64,000 nucleotides of DNA from an uncultured Gemmatimonadales bacterium. Lineage in GTDB: Bacteria > Gemmatimonadota > Gemmatimonadetes > Longimicrobiales > RSA9. Each line of letters opens with the position of its first letter. Positions within the stretch are counted from its first letter, which is position 1. Below are positions 29,504 to 39,186 of the stretch, one piece after another. The DNA lies in the NCBI GenBank assembly GCA_963708135.1, contig OY970192.1, forward strand, positions 1,248,001 through 1,312,000, in the 5' to 3' direction. The position numbers and the translations under genes are program-made. The notes under the pieces are model-generated. The model did not search any database, was not told the origin of the DNA, and was given only the letters and a program-made list of their open reading frames with translations.

Positions 29504-31723
29504 ATGGGCCGCCGGCGCGGGCGGCCCGGGGGGGAGACCGACGTCGTGGCTACCAGCGAAGCCGTTCCCGCCGCGCCGGCGCCCCATGCGCCGGTCGGCG
29601 GATCTCCGCAGCAAGAGCACGCCTTCATCTCGACCGTCCTCGACACGATCGGGTCGCTCGTCATCGTCCTGGACAGGGACGGCCGCATCGTGCTGTTCAA
29701 CCGGGCCTGCGAGGCGCTCACCGGCTACACCTCCGACGAGTTGCTCGGCCGCGTCTTCTGGGAGGTGCTCGTCCTGCCGCGGGAGCTGGCCGGCGTGCGC
29801 GAGGTGTTCTCGCGCCTGACCGCCGGCCAGTTCCCGAACCAGCACGAGAACTTCTGGATCTGCCGCACCGGGGAGCTTCGGCTGGTGGCGTGGTCGAACA
29901 CGGCGTTGGTGAACGAGGCGGGGGACGTCGCCTACGTCATCGGGACCGGGCTCGACATCACCGAGCAGCGGGAGGCGGAGGAGCGCAAGCAGGGGCTGAT
30001 CCGGGAGCAGGCGGCGCGCGCGGAGGCCGAGGCCGCGGCCCGGCGGATCCACGAGACGCTCGAGAGCATCACCGACGGCTTCTTCGCGGTGGACCACGAG
30101 TGGCGGCTGACCTACCTGAATGGAGAGGCCGAGCGGCTGATGCGCAGGCGGCGCGAGGAGGTCCTGGGTCGCGACGTCTGGGACGTGCTCAGGAACGCGG
30201 CCGGCTCGCGCTTCTTCTACGCCTGCCACCGCGCGCTGACGGAGGGCATCACCTGCCAGGTCGAGGAGTACTATGCGGCCACGCACCGCTGGTTCGACAG
30301 CCGGATCTATCCGTCGAGCAACGGCCTTTCGGTCTTCTTCCAGGAGGTCACGCAACGAAAGCGGACGGAGGACGCGCAGCGCTGCCTGGTCGAGGCCGGC
30401 AACCTGCTGTCGGCCTCCCTCGACCACGAGGCGACGCTCAAGAGCGTGGCCCGCCTGGTCGGGCGCAGCATGGCCGATATCTGCATCGTCGATATCGTCG
30501 AGCCGAGCGGCGAGGCACGCCGCCTCGAGGTCGCCGCGGCCCGCCCGGAGCAGGCCGAGGTCGCCGCCCGGCTGGCGCGCTATCCGCTCCGCGGCCGCAC
30601 CCGGCACCTCGTCCTGAAGGCGCTCCGCACCGCTCGCTCTCAGCTCATGCCGCACGTGGAGGAGGACTACGTGCGCAGCATCGCCCAGGGACCCGAGCAC
30701 CTCGAGCTCCTGCTCTCGCTCGACATCCGCTCCCTCATGGTCGTCCCGCTCCTCGCCCGCGGGCGCATCCTCGGCGCGCTCAGCTTCCTCCGCTCCGAGG
30801 GCGCGGCCCCCTACGACGCCCAGGATCTGCTGCTCGCCGAGGAGATCGCGCGCCGCGCGGCCGCGGCCATTGACAACGCCCGCCTGTACCGCGAGGCGCA
30901 GCAGGCGGTGCTCGCCCGCGACGAGGTGCTGGCTGTCGTCTCGCACGACCTCGGCAACGCGCTCCAGGGCATCATCATGGGCGCCAACATGCTCGCCGGC
31001 GCGGTGGACGCGGAAGGCAAGGCGCCGTACTACGTCGAGGCGATCCGGCGCTCGGCCGACCGCATGGAGCGCCTCATCCACGACCTTCTCGAGCTGCACC
31101 GCCTGGAGGCCAGGCAGTTCTCGATCGAGCGCCGCCCGGCCGGCCTGCTGCCGCTCCTCCACGAGGCGTGCCAGGTGCTCGCGCCGCTCGCCTACGCCAA
31201 GTCGATCGAGCTCGTGGTGTTGCCGGAGATCGGCGTGGTCCCCGAATTCCCGCTCGATGCCGGCCGCATCCTGCAGGTCCTCTCCAACCTGATCGGCAAC
31301 GCCATCAAGTTCACGCCCGAGAACGGACGGGTCACCGTCGCGGTCGAGCCGCTGGGAGAGGTCGTGCGCGTCTGGGTCCGCGACAACGGGCCCGGCATCC
31401 CGGAGGACATGAAGCCGCACGTGTTCGACCGCTTCTGGCAGGCGCGTCGCACCCGCCGCAAGGGCATCGGCCTCGGGCTCGCCATCGCCAAGGGGATCGT
31501 CGACGCGCACGGTGGACGGATCGGCGTGGACAGCGAGGAAGGGAAGGGGAGCGCCTTCTGGTTCACCCTCCCCCGCGCCGCCGAGCTCCCCCGCTCGACG
31601 CCTGTCGCGCAGGTGCTCGGCCGCCCGTCGGCTCCCGAGTCGGCTCCGCGCGCCCCCGACGAGGATCCGGCTGGCGCCCAGTCCGGCGCGAGCCCCGCCA
31701 CATCAGGCCGGGGCCCGCGTTAG
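29504..31723 (+). CDS. Cytoplasmic PAS-PAS-GAF histidine kinase (start approximate)
   Basis: Two PAS domains, GAF (LMVVPLLARGRILG), H-box VSHDLGNAL, N-box NLIGNAIKFT, DNGPGI, GIGLGLAI. Confidence 0.95.
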   Translation: MGRRRGRPGGETDVVATSEAVPAAPAPHAPVGGSPQQEHAFISTVLDTIGSLVIVLDRDGRIVLFNRACEALTGYTSDELLGRVFWEVLVLPRELAGVREVFSRLTAGQFPNQHENFWICRTGELRLVAWSNTALVNEAGDVAYVIGTGLDITEQREAEERKQGLIREQAARAEAEAAARRIHETLESITDGFFAVDHEWRLTYLNGEAERLMRRRREEVLGRDVWDVLRNAAGSRFFYACHRALTEGITCQVEEYYAATHRWFDSRIYPSSNGLSVFFQEVTQRKRTEDAQRCLVEAGNLLSASLDHEATLKSVARLVGRSMADICIVDIVEPSGEARRLEVAAARPEQAEVAARLARYPLRGRTRHLVLKALRTARSQLMPHVEEDYVRSIAQGPEHLELLLSLDIRSLMVVPLLARGRILGALSFLRSEGAAPYDAQDLLLAEEIARRAAAAIDNARLYREAQQAVLARDEVLAVVSHDLGNALQGIIMGANMLAGAVDAEGKAPYYVEAIRRSADRMERLIHDLLELHRLEARQFSIERRPAGLLPLLHEACQVLAPLAYAKSIELVVLPEIGVVPEFPLDAGRILQVLSNLIGNAIKFTPENGRVTVAVEPLGEVVRVWVRDNGPGIPEDMKPHVFDRFWQARRTRRKGIGLGLAIAKGIVDAHGGRIGVDSEEGKGSAFWFTLPRAAELPRSTPVAQVLGRPSAPESAPRAPDEDPAGAQSGASPATSGRGPR

Positions 31724-31837
31724 TCCGGCAATCGCCGCGAGCAGGCCCGTGTGCGGGCGCACGAACTGGAGCGCCCGACGGCCGCCGCTGGCGCTCGCAT
31801 CGGCGCCGCTCCGGGTTCACGCCCGAGACGCCGCGCC

Positions 31838-32512
31838 TCAGCGCGCCGCCGCGATGATCCCGTAGCTGCGGACCGCGAGCGCGCCGTCGGCGACGGGACC
31901 CACGATCCAGACCTTCGCGCCCGTCCAGCGCGCCAGGTCCGCGGGCGCGCCCTCCAGCCGCAGCGTGTCCGCTCCCGCCAGCAGCAGCGTGCCCCCGGCC
32001 CCCGCGCCGAGCACGCCCACGTGCGGCCGCTCGCCGCCGATATCAAGCACCTCGTACGAGGCGACGTCGAACGCGCCCGTTCCCGCCTCGATCGTACCGC
32101 TCACCCGCACCCGCGCGGCCGTGAGCCGGCGCAGCTCCTCCCGGAGCGACCCCTCGAGCACGAGCGGCCGCCCAGTGCCGGTCTCGAGCGTCACCAGGTC
32201 CGTGCCGGCCGTGCGCGAGGAGCGCACCACGCCCGTTGTTTCCGCCGTCGCCTCGACGGCACCGGCCGCCCCGGCGCTGCGCGCGCTCGCCCCCACCGTT
32301 CCGGCGGCCGGGCCGGGGGCTCTGGCCCGCGCCGGCACGCCCGGGCTCGGCGCGGGCGAGGTCGCGAGGCCGGGAGCGGGGGCGGCGCCGGTCTCGGCCG
32401 GCATTGCCGCGGCGCCCGGCTCGCCCTCCGCCGGTGGCGCCTGCGCCGGCCGACTGCCTCGGCAGCCGCCGCAGGCGAGGAGCGCGAGCAGGGGCGGGAG
32501 GAGGCGTCGCAT
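31838..32512 (-). CDS. Hypothetical lipoprotein
   Basis: MRRLLPPLLALLAC signal/lipobox; starts 2 nt after the peptidase stop. Confidence 0.7.
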   Translation of the reverse strand: MRRLLPPLLALLACGGCRGSRPAQAPPAEGEPGAAAMPAETGAAPAPGLATSPAPSPGVPARARAPGPAAGTVGASARSAGAAGAVEATAETTGVVRSSRTAGTDLVTLETGTGRPLVLEGSLREELRRLTAARVRVSGTIEAGTGAFDVASYEVLDIGGERPHVGVLGAGAGGTLLLAGADTLRLEGAPADLARWTGAKVWIVGPVADGALAVRSYGIIAAAR

Positions 32513-32513
32513 G

Positions 32514-34820
32514 CTACGGCAGGTGCACGACCCAGAGCTGGATGCCGCCGGGCGCCGTCCCGCCGGACTGGCTCCGCACCCGCAGCGCCGTGGCCGGCCG
32601 GGAGGTGCCGCTCACGCGGAAGTACGCGGAGGAGCCGCCGCGCACCGAGATCGAGTCCGTGAACGTGCCGAAGGTTCGCTGGTACGGCGTCAGCTGGGCG
32701 GTTGTCACCAGGTTGTCGAAGATGTCGAACAGGTTCCAGCTGGTCATGAGGAGCCGCGCGTCCATGCCGGTGAAGCGGTCATCGACGTACAGCATGGCCG
32801 CCCACTGCGGGAGCAGGTCCGGCACCGGCTGTTCGACGACCTGGCGGATGTCGGCGAAGCCGCTCGAGGTGGCGTCCACCAGGGCGCGCTGGAGCCCCTG
32901 CTCGCCGCCGGCGTAGCCGGGTCCGAACTGGTCGGTCAGCCAGCGCAGGAAGGACCACGAGGTGCCGTAGACGGGCCGGTTGCCGGTGCACGGGCCGTTG
33001 TTGCCCTCGCTCTTCAGGCCGAGGAAGGTGCACTGCTCCGGCGCCCCCTGTACCCGGCTCGTCCGGCTCTCGAAGCCGTAGTAGTCCGCCAGGTCGATGA
33101 ACCGGTCCACGTACCAGTCGTTCGGCCCCTCGGACGGGTCGTTGAACGCGACCGCGTACCCGAGGTTCTGCCCGGAGGCGTGCCCCAGCACCGCGTCGCC
33201 GACCACCTCCTCCGCGAACGTGGCCTGTCCCTCCGCCTCCCACGTGCTCATGAACGAATTGGCGTTTGGATTGTTGATCCGCCGGCTGTACTGGATGTCG
33301 TGGGAGAACTCGTGGGCGATGACCACGGGGGCGTCCTTCGTCGCGACGTCCACGGTGTACTTCGGCCCGAACACGCCGCCCGTGTCCGGCACGATGCCGT
33401 AGAAGACCTCGCCCTCGTTGCTGCTCGGGCACGTGCTCGGCGCCACCAGGTCCGCGCTCGTGACGAAGCCCAGCAGTCCACCCGCCTTGTTGACCTCCTT
33501 CGACAGCACGATCACCACCCGGCCGTTGTTGTCCAGGTCCGACGGCTGCCCGAACCAGGCCACGTCGGTCGGATAGATCGTCTGGTCGAACATGTCGCTG
33601 AACGACTGGATCTGCGCCAGCGTGTAGCCGCCCGTCGGGTTCGCGGCGTCCTCCAGCCAGATGCCGCGCTGCCCGATCACGCGCACCACCGTCTCGATCG
33701 GCGTGTAGTCCGTGCACACGTTCGCGCCCGTGGCGGCGTCGGGCACCCGCACGTCCACGGTGTCCCCGACCTGCACCGTGCTCGGGACCGGCGCCGCCGA
33801 CGCCGGCCCGACGGGGCCCGAGCGGAGCGCCTGCCGGATCTCCGCGAGCCGGGGACCGAAGTACGAGCGCTCGAACGACCGCAGCGAGCTCTCCGCCGCC
33901 CGCCTCCGCTGCCAGCGCTCCGCGGCTGCCGCGGCGAGCTCCGGCACCCGTGCGACGTCCGGGCTTCCCGCCGCCGGCGCCGGCAGCGGCGCCGACGTGA
34001 CCACGGCCCCCGTCGTGGCGCCGGCGAACACCAGCGGCGTCAGGCTCGAGGGCGACTCGACCACCGACTGCACCCCGATGAGGTAGGTCGAGGCTGCGGA
34101 GCTCGCCGGGAACTGGAGGCACAGGTCCGAGGGAGAGCGCACCACCGTCTCCTGCCCGACCGCCACCGAGAGGTAGCTCGCGGGGCGCAGCGGCCAGAGG
34201 ATCGCGTTGCTGGCCGTGCCGCTCACGCTTACCTGCACGCTGAACTGGCCCGCCGGCTGGCAGATCGTGGCGGGGACGTTGATCTGGATGGTGGTCGCCG
34301 TCACTCCGGTGATCGCCGCGGACACCCCGTTGATCGTGACCTTCGTCGCCCCCGACGCGGCCGAGAAGCCGGTGCCGGTGAGCGTCGCCGTGCTCCCGGC
34401 CACGAGCGTGTCCGGGGTGATCCCCGACAGCACCACGGACCCCGAAATCGGCGTGACCGTGACCGTGGCGTTGCCGCTCTGCCCCCCCGCCGTCGCCGTG
34501 ATCGTGGCCTGGCCCGACGCGCGCCCTGTAACCCGTCCCGTCGAGTCGACGGTGGCCACGGCGGTGCTCGAGCTCGACCAGCTCACCGCGCGCCCGGTCA
34601 GCACCTGCCCGTTCGCCCCGAGAGTCGTGGCCGCGAGCTGGACCGCGCCCCCGACCGGCACCGTGGCCGTCGAGGGCGAGACCGTCACCCGCGTCACGGG
34701 CGCGGGCCCCGTCGGCTCACCACCTCCCCCGCAAGCGGCCAGCTGCAGCGCGGCCGCGAGGGCCGCCCAGGCGAGCGGCGATAGGGGTCGCCGCGGTCTC
34801 CAGGCTCCGTGGTGTGGCAT
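32514..34820 (-). CDS. Lipoprotein with Ig-like (Big_2) and IPT/TIG domains plus HExxH zinc metallopeptidase (M30-like)
   Basis: Lipobox LAAC; VTVSP...VSWSSSSTAVATVDSTGRVT (Big_2); ITP...TLTGTGF (IPT); AHEFSHDIQY...WEAEGQATFAEE. Confidence 0.85.
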   Translation of the reverse strand: MPHHGAWRPRRPLSPLAWAALAAALQLAACGGGGEPTGPAPVTRVTVSPSTATVPVGGAVQLAATTLGANGQVLTGRAVSWSSSSTAVATVDSTGRVTGRASGQATITATAGGQSGNATVTVTPISGSVVLSGITPDTLVAGSTATLTGTGFSAASGATKVTINGVSAAITGVTATTIQINVPATICQPAGQFSVQVSVSGTASNAILWPLRPASYLSVAVGQETVVRSPSDLCLQFPASSAASTYLIGVQSVVESPSSLTPLVFAGATTGAVVTSAPLPAPAAGSPDVARVPELAAAAAERWQRRRAAESSLRSFERSYFGPRLAEIRQALRSGPVGPASAAPVPSTVQVGDTVDVRVPDAATGANVCTDYTPIETVVRVIGQRGIWLEDAANPTGGYTLAQIQSFSDMFDQTIYPTDVAWFGQPSDLDNNGRVVIVLSKEVNKAGGLLGFVTSADLVAPSTCPSSNEGEVFYGIVPDTGGVFGPKYTVDVATKDAPVVIAHEFSHDIQYSRRINNPNANSFMSTWEAEGQATFAEEVVGDAVLGHASGQNLGYAVAFNDPSEGPNDWYVDRFIDLADYYGFESRTSRVQGAPEQCTFLGLKSEGNNGPCTGNRPVYGTSWSFLRWLTDQFGPGYAGGEQGLQRALVDATSSGFADIRQVVEQPVPDLLPQWAAMLYVDDRFTGMDARLLMTSWNLFDIFDNLVTTAQLTPYQRTFGTFTDSISVRGGSSAYFRVSGTSRPATALRVRSQSGGTAPGGIQLWVVHLP

Positions 34821-34967
34821 GGGCTGGCTTTCTCCCGGTGGCGTGCGCGGCGCGCTCCGGCGCCGGAGCGCGGAGGCGGGCAAGGATCGGGCCGCCTACG
34901 GTCCATTTTCCAGCCGCCGACACTGGTGCGGCAGATCGCCGATCTCTACATTGCCCGTTCCCGTTCC

Positions 34968-34996
34968 GCAACCACGAACCGCCGACGGCCGTCCGA
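34968..34996 (+). promoter_or_regulatory. Putative ECF promoter of the TonB receptor operon
   Basis: GCAACC-N17-GTCCGA, same spacing as the 25269 motif. Confidence 0.4.
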
Positions 34997-35019
34997 GAGC
35001 CTCCCCGGAAAGAGCAGCG

Positions 35020-37929
35020 ATGGCGCCACGGAACCCGATGCCGGCCGGACCCCGCGCGCTCGTTGCGCGAAGCCGTGCGCGGTGCCGGGCGTCCGGGCCC
35101 CTGGGGCTCGGCGTGGCGCTCCTTCCCCTGCTGCTCGCGCTCGGTCCGGCGCCGGCGCGCGCCCAGGCGACGGGCACGATCCTGGGCACCGTGGTGAGCG
35201 ACAGCAGCGGGGAACCGCTTGCCGGCGTCGAGGTGCAGGTGCCCGGCTTTCCGCTCCGCACTCTCACCGATGCCAACGGCAGGTTCGTGCTGGCGGGCGT
35301 GCCCGTGGGGGAGCGCACCGTGCACGTGCAGCGGCTCGGGTACGCCCCGGAGACCGCCGGCCCGGTGGTGGTGCGCGAGGACCGGTCGATCGAGTTGCGG
35401 ATCGCGCTGCGGACCTCGGCCATCCAGCTGCCGGGCGTGACGGCGCACGGGGAGCGTGTGCGCCTGATCGAGCCGGAGGTCAACACCACCCACCAGGTCG
35501 TCGGCGGGCGCGAGCTGCGCGCGCTCCCCGTGGACCGCATCGACCAGGTGATCGACCTCTCGACGGGCGTCTCGGAGGGACATTTCCGCGGCGGCCGGAT
35601 CGGCCAGGAGGCGGTCGTCGTCGATGGCGTGGAGGTCAAGGACGCCTTCGGCGCCTCTTCCGGCCTCGCGGGGCTGGAGCTGGCGCCCGGCTCGCTCGAG
35701 CAGGTCGAGGTCGTCACCGGCGGCTTCGGCGCTGAATACGGATCCGCGCTCTCGGGCGTCGTTCGCTACGCCACCCGCCGCGGCTCGACCGAGCGGTGGG
35801 AGGGACGCGCCGCCCTGAGCACGGACCGCTGGGCGCCGAAGGCGGCGGCGTTCGGCTTCACCCGGCTCTCCCTCTCCGGCGGCGGCCCGCTCACCCCGCT
35901 CGGGGATGGCACGACCATCTTCGCGGACCTCCTCGCCCAGGGCGCATGGGATGCGGACCCGCGCGCACGCGGCGCGACCTGCCTGGGCGCCGGCGACGCC
36001 GATGCCGCCCTCGCGCAGCGGATCAGCGCCCTCGCCTCGGATCCGACCGCCTCCGGCCTTTACTGCCCCTACACCTCCGCGGCGCTGCCGCACGACCGGG
36101 GGGACAAGGCCATTGCCTTCCTCCGCCTCGATCGGCCTCTCGCTGCCGGCCTCGCTCTCACGGCCAGCGTCCTCGGCAACCGCGTGCAGCAGGAGCTCTA
36201 CACGCCGGCCTTCAAGTACGACAACCTCGCGCAGCTCGGCGAGCGCACGCGCTCCGGGCTCGCCACCCTGTCCCTCGACTGGACGCGCCAGCGGGCCGGC
36301 TCCGCGCGCCACCTGAACGCCCGCGCCTCCGCCGAGGAGATCGGCCGCTACATCGGCGCGCTGGACCCGGCCACGTTCCAGGACGGCGGACGCATCGCCG
36401 GCTTCGGCCTCCACGATTTCCGCTTCTTCGGCGAGGACGCTGCGCGCGCCGGCGCCACCGGCGTGCTGCCGGGGTACACGAGCCCCGGCGGCGCGGTCGG
36501 CAGCCCGTTCGGGCCGGCGGGTGAGGGGCTCTTCTTCACGAGGGGCACGCCGCAGCTCGCGGACTGGAGCCGCCTCGGCTCGATCGGCGCCGATCTCAGT
36601 GCGGAGGCGCTGAGCGCCAGCGGGATGGCTCTGCGCGGCGGGCTCTCGGGCCGGCACTACCATGTCCGCAGCTACGAGCGCGTCGAGGCCGACGTGGCCG
36701 GCTCGCCCGCCCTCCAGCGCGACTTCAGCCCCGCCACGGCGTCCGGCTTCGTGGAGGCGCGCTGGCACACGGAGGACGGCGTGACTTTCGAGGCCGGCTT
36801 CCGCGTGGACGCCTTCAGCTCCGGCATCGACGTGCCGCCCGACTCGAACGGCATCTCGTTCGGCTCCGGCTGGAAGACGGTCGCCCTCCCGCGCATCGGC
36901 GCCTCCATGCCGCTCCCGGGCACGAAGCGCGAGACGGTGGTCCGGTTCAACTACGCCCGCGTCGCCCAGCCACCGGACTTCCGCTTCTTCCTCGACACCG
37001 CTCTCGGCGATTCGCTCCGGACCTCGATCCTGCGTCAGGGCAATCCCGCCCTCGGCTTCGAGAAGGGCAACGCCTTCGAGCTCGGCGCGAGTCAGCTCGT
37101 CGGCACGCACCTCGCTCTCGCCGTCACCGCGTTCAGGAAGGACCTCACCGATCTCGTGTCGGGCCGCCTGCGCCTGCCCGGCCAGGCCGCCCCGACCTTC
37201 ACCACCTCGGATTTCGGCCACGTACAGGGCTTCGAGCTCGAGATCCGCACCGACTGGCCGCTCCTCCAGCTCCGCGCCGGCTACTCGCTCCAGAAGGCCG
37301 TGGGCGTCTCCTCCACCGCGCTCAGCGATACGGCCGTCGATGCCGGCCAGACCCGCACCGAATACCCGCTCGCCTTCGACCGCCGCCACTCCATCGACCT
37401 CGTCGCGCTCGCCGGACGGGCCGCCGGCGCCGACCGAGCGTGGGGCGCGGCCCTAACGACCAGCGTCCAGAGCGGCTACCCGCTCGACCGCCTGCTCGCC
37501 GCCGGCGACGCGAAGAACACCACGTTCGCCAACAGCGTCTACCTCCCCTGGACCGCCGATGTCGGGCTCCGCCTCCAGCTCGATCTCGGATCCCTGCCAG
37601 GCTGCCGCCGCTGTCACTGGAGCCTCACGGCGGACGGGCGCAACCTCCTCGGCCTCGACAACATCCGCGCGCTGCGGAACGACTCCGGGCTCCTGGCGCC
37701 CCCGGACAGCGTCTTCCTCGCGGTCGAGAGCGGCGTGGCCGTGCCCGACCACGTGATCCCGTACGAGTCCAGCCGCTACAGCCGCCTCATCGATCTGAAC
37801 GGCGATGGCCTCATCACGCCCGACGAGTTCCGCCAGGCCAGGACGGCCGCCGTCCTCGACCGCCTCGATCCCTCCCTCTTCTACGGCGAGGCCAGGCAGC
37901 TCCGCGCCGGCGTGGAGCTGACGTTCTGA
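35020..37929 (+). CDS. TonB-dependent receptor
   Basis: Signal peptide, carboxypeptidase-regulatory-like domain (GTILGTV...TDANGRF), plug (RGGR...VDG...VEVVTGGFGAEYG), C-terminal LRAGVELTF; EF-hand-like DLNGDGLITPDE. Confidence 0.92.
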   Translation: MAPRNPMPAGPRALVARSRARCRASGPLGLGVALLPLLLALGPAPARAQATGTILGTVVSDSSGEPLAGVEVQVPGFPLRTLTDANGRFVLAGVPVGERTVHVQRLGYAPETAGPVVVREDRSIELRIALRTSAIQLPGVTAHGERVRLIEPEVNTTHQVVGGRELRALPVDRIDQVIDLSTGVSEGHFRGGRIGQEAVVVDGVEVKDAFGASSGLAGLELAPGSLEQVEVVTGGFGAEYGSALSGVVRYATRRGSTERWEGRAALSTDRWAPKAAAFGFTRLSLSGGGPLTPLGDGTTIFADLLAQGAWDADPRARGATCLGAGDADAALAQRISALASDPTASGLYCPYTSAALPHDRGDKAIAFLRLDRPLAAGLALTASVLGNRVQQELYTPAFKYDNLAQLGERTRSGLATLSLDWTRQRAGSARHLNARASAEEIGRYIGALDPATFQDGGRIAGFGLHDFRFFGEDAARAGATGVLPGYTSPGGAVGSPFGPAGEGLFFTRGTPQLADWSRLGSIGADLSAEALSASGMALRGGLSGRHYHVRSYERVEADVAGSPALQRDFSPATASGFVEARWHTEDGVTFEAGFRVDAFSSGIDVPPDSNGISFGSGWKTVALPRIGASMPLPGTKRETVVRFNYARVAQPPDFRFFLDTALGDSLRTSILRQGNPALGFEKGNAFELGASQLVGTHLALAVTAFRKDLTDLVSGRLRLPGQAAPTFTTSDFGHVQGFELEIRTDWPLLQLRAGYSLQKAVGVSSTALSDTAVDAGQTRTEYPLAFDRRHSIDLVALAGRAAGADRAWGAALTTSVQSGYPLDRLLAAGDAKNTTFANSVYLPWTADVGLRLQLDLGSLPGCRRCHWSLTADGRNLLGLDNIRALRNDSGLLAPPDSVFLAVESGVAVPDHVIPYESSRYSRLIDLNGDGLITPDEFRQARTAAVLDRLDPSLFYGEARQLRAGVELTF

Positions 37930-39095
37930 TGCCCGCCCTCGCGAGATCCCGCGGCCCCGCGCGCGCCGCCCTCCTCGCCTCGCTCGCGCTCCTCGCCGGC
38001 TGCGCCGATGGACCCACGGCCTTCCGCGCCATCGATCGCGTGCCTTCGGATGCACAGCCACTGCGCCTGACCTACAGCCCCGGCGATGACCGCGCCCCCT
38101 TCTTCTCGGCGGGCGGAGACTCCATCGGCTACGCCGCCGAGGACCCCGATGCGCTGCCCCCGGGCGACGGCATCCTCGTCGCCGTGCCGGCCGGCGGGGG
38201 GCCGCAGCGCCCGCTTCTGCCGTCCACCACGCCGCCCGACGGGGCCCGGCGCTGGTTCACGGCGCCCGCCCTCGCGCCGGGCGGCGACCGCCTCGCCTAC
38301 GTCCAGATCCCGTCGGTTTTCGAGCTCTTCGCGGGCCTCGACTCGGTGACCTGCGACAATGGTACGGTGCTACCCGCCTACGTCCCGCTGCTCACCGCCA
38401 TCCGGCTGCGCGTGAGCGCGCTGCCGGACCAGTCCAGCGCGGCCCCGCTGGCGGACCTTGCCGTGGCGCTCGCCGGGGTCTCGATCGACCAGGCGACGAA
38501 CGAGTACGTGTTCCGCGACCTGCCGTTCCAGCATCTCTTCGGCACCGAGCGGCTCTACGCGTTCCGTCCGACGTGGGCCCCTGACGGGCAGCGCCTGGCC
38601 TTCAGTGATGGGCTGCGCGTCCGGGTGTGGGACCCGGACCAGGATTCCGCGCGCGCCGTTCCCGGCACGGAGGGTGGCGTCTCCGCCGCCTGGAGCCCCG
38701 ACGGGCAGTGGATCGCCTTCGGTCAGCTCGTGGCCGGGGATTCCACGGCGCTCGAGTGCCGCTACAGCCAGGGGCAGCTCTCGATCCAGGCGCGGCGGGT
38801 CGAATATCCGATCCTCGCGCGGACAATCGTCCTCATCCATCCGGACGGAACCGGCCGGCGCGAGCTCGGCCCCGGCGGCGAGCCCGCGTGGACGCCGGAC
38901 GGCTCGGCCCTCTACGTCCGGCGCGATGACGGCCTCTGGCGCGTGGGGCTGGACGGCGCCGAGAGCCCGCTGGCCGCCGCGGGCGACGCCTTCGAGCCCG
39001 CCGTCTCGCCGGATGGCGGGACGCTGGCCTTCACCCGCCGCCAGGGGACCTCCCTGAAGCGCGACCTGTGGGTTCTCGACCTCGCGCCGCGCTGA
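37929..39095 (+). CDS. TolB-like (PD40) beta-propeller lipoprotein
   Basis: Lipobox LAGC; repeated PxWSPDG motifs; TGATG overlap with receptor. Confidence 0.85.
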   Translation: MPALARSRGPARAALLASLALLAGCADGPTAFRAIDRVPSDAQPLRLTYSPGDDRAPFFSAGGDSIGYAAEDPDALPPGDGILVAVPAGGGPQRPLLPSTTPPDGARRWFTAPALAPGGDRLAYVQIPSVFELFAGLDSVTCDNGTVLPAYVPLLTAIRLRVSALPDQSSAAPLADLAVALAGVSIDQATNEYVFRDLPFQHLFGTERLYAFRPTWAPDGQRLAFSDGLRVRVWDPDQDSARAVPGTEGGVSAAWSPDGQWIAFGQLVAGDSTALECRYSQGQLSIQARRVEYPILARTIVLIHPDGTGRRELGPGGEPAWTPDGSALYVRRDDGLWRVGLDGAESPLAAAGDAFEPAVSPDGGTLAFTRRQGTSLKRDLWVLDLAPR

Positions 39096-39186
39096 GCAGC
39101 GCCGGCCCGGGAGCCTCCGGCGGGCGGAGTGGGCGCGCGCCTTGCACGGCCTGATCCGCGTCGGCTCGATCATACGAGGAAGGGGA

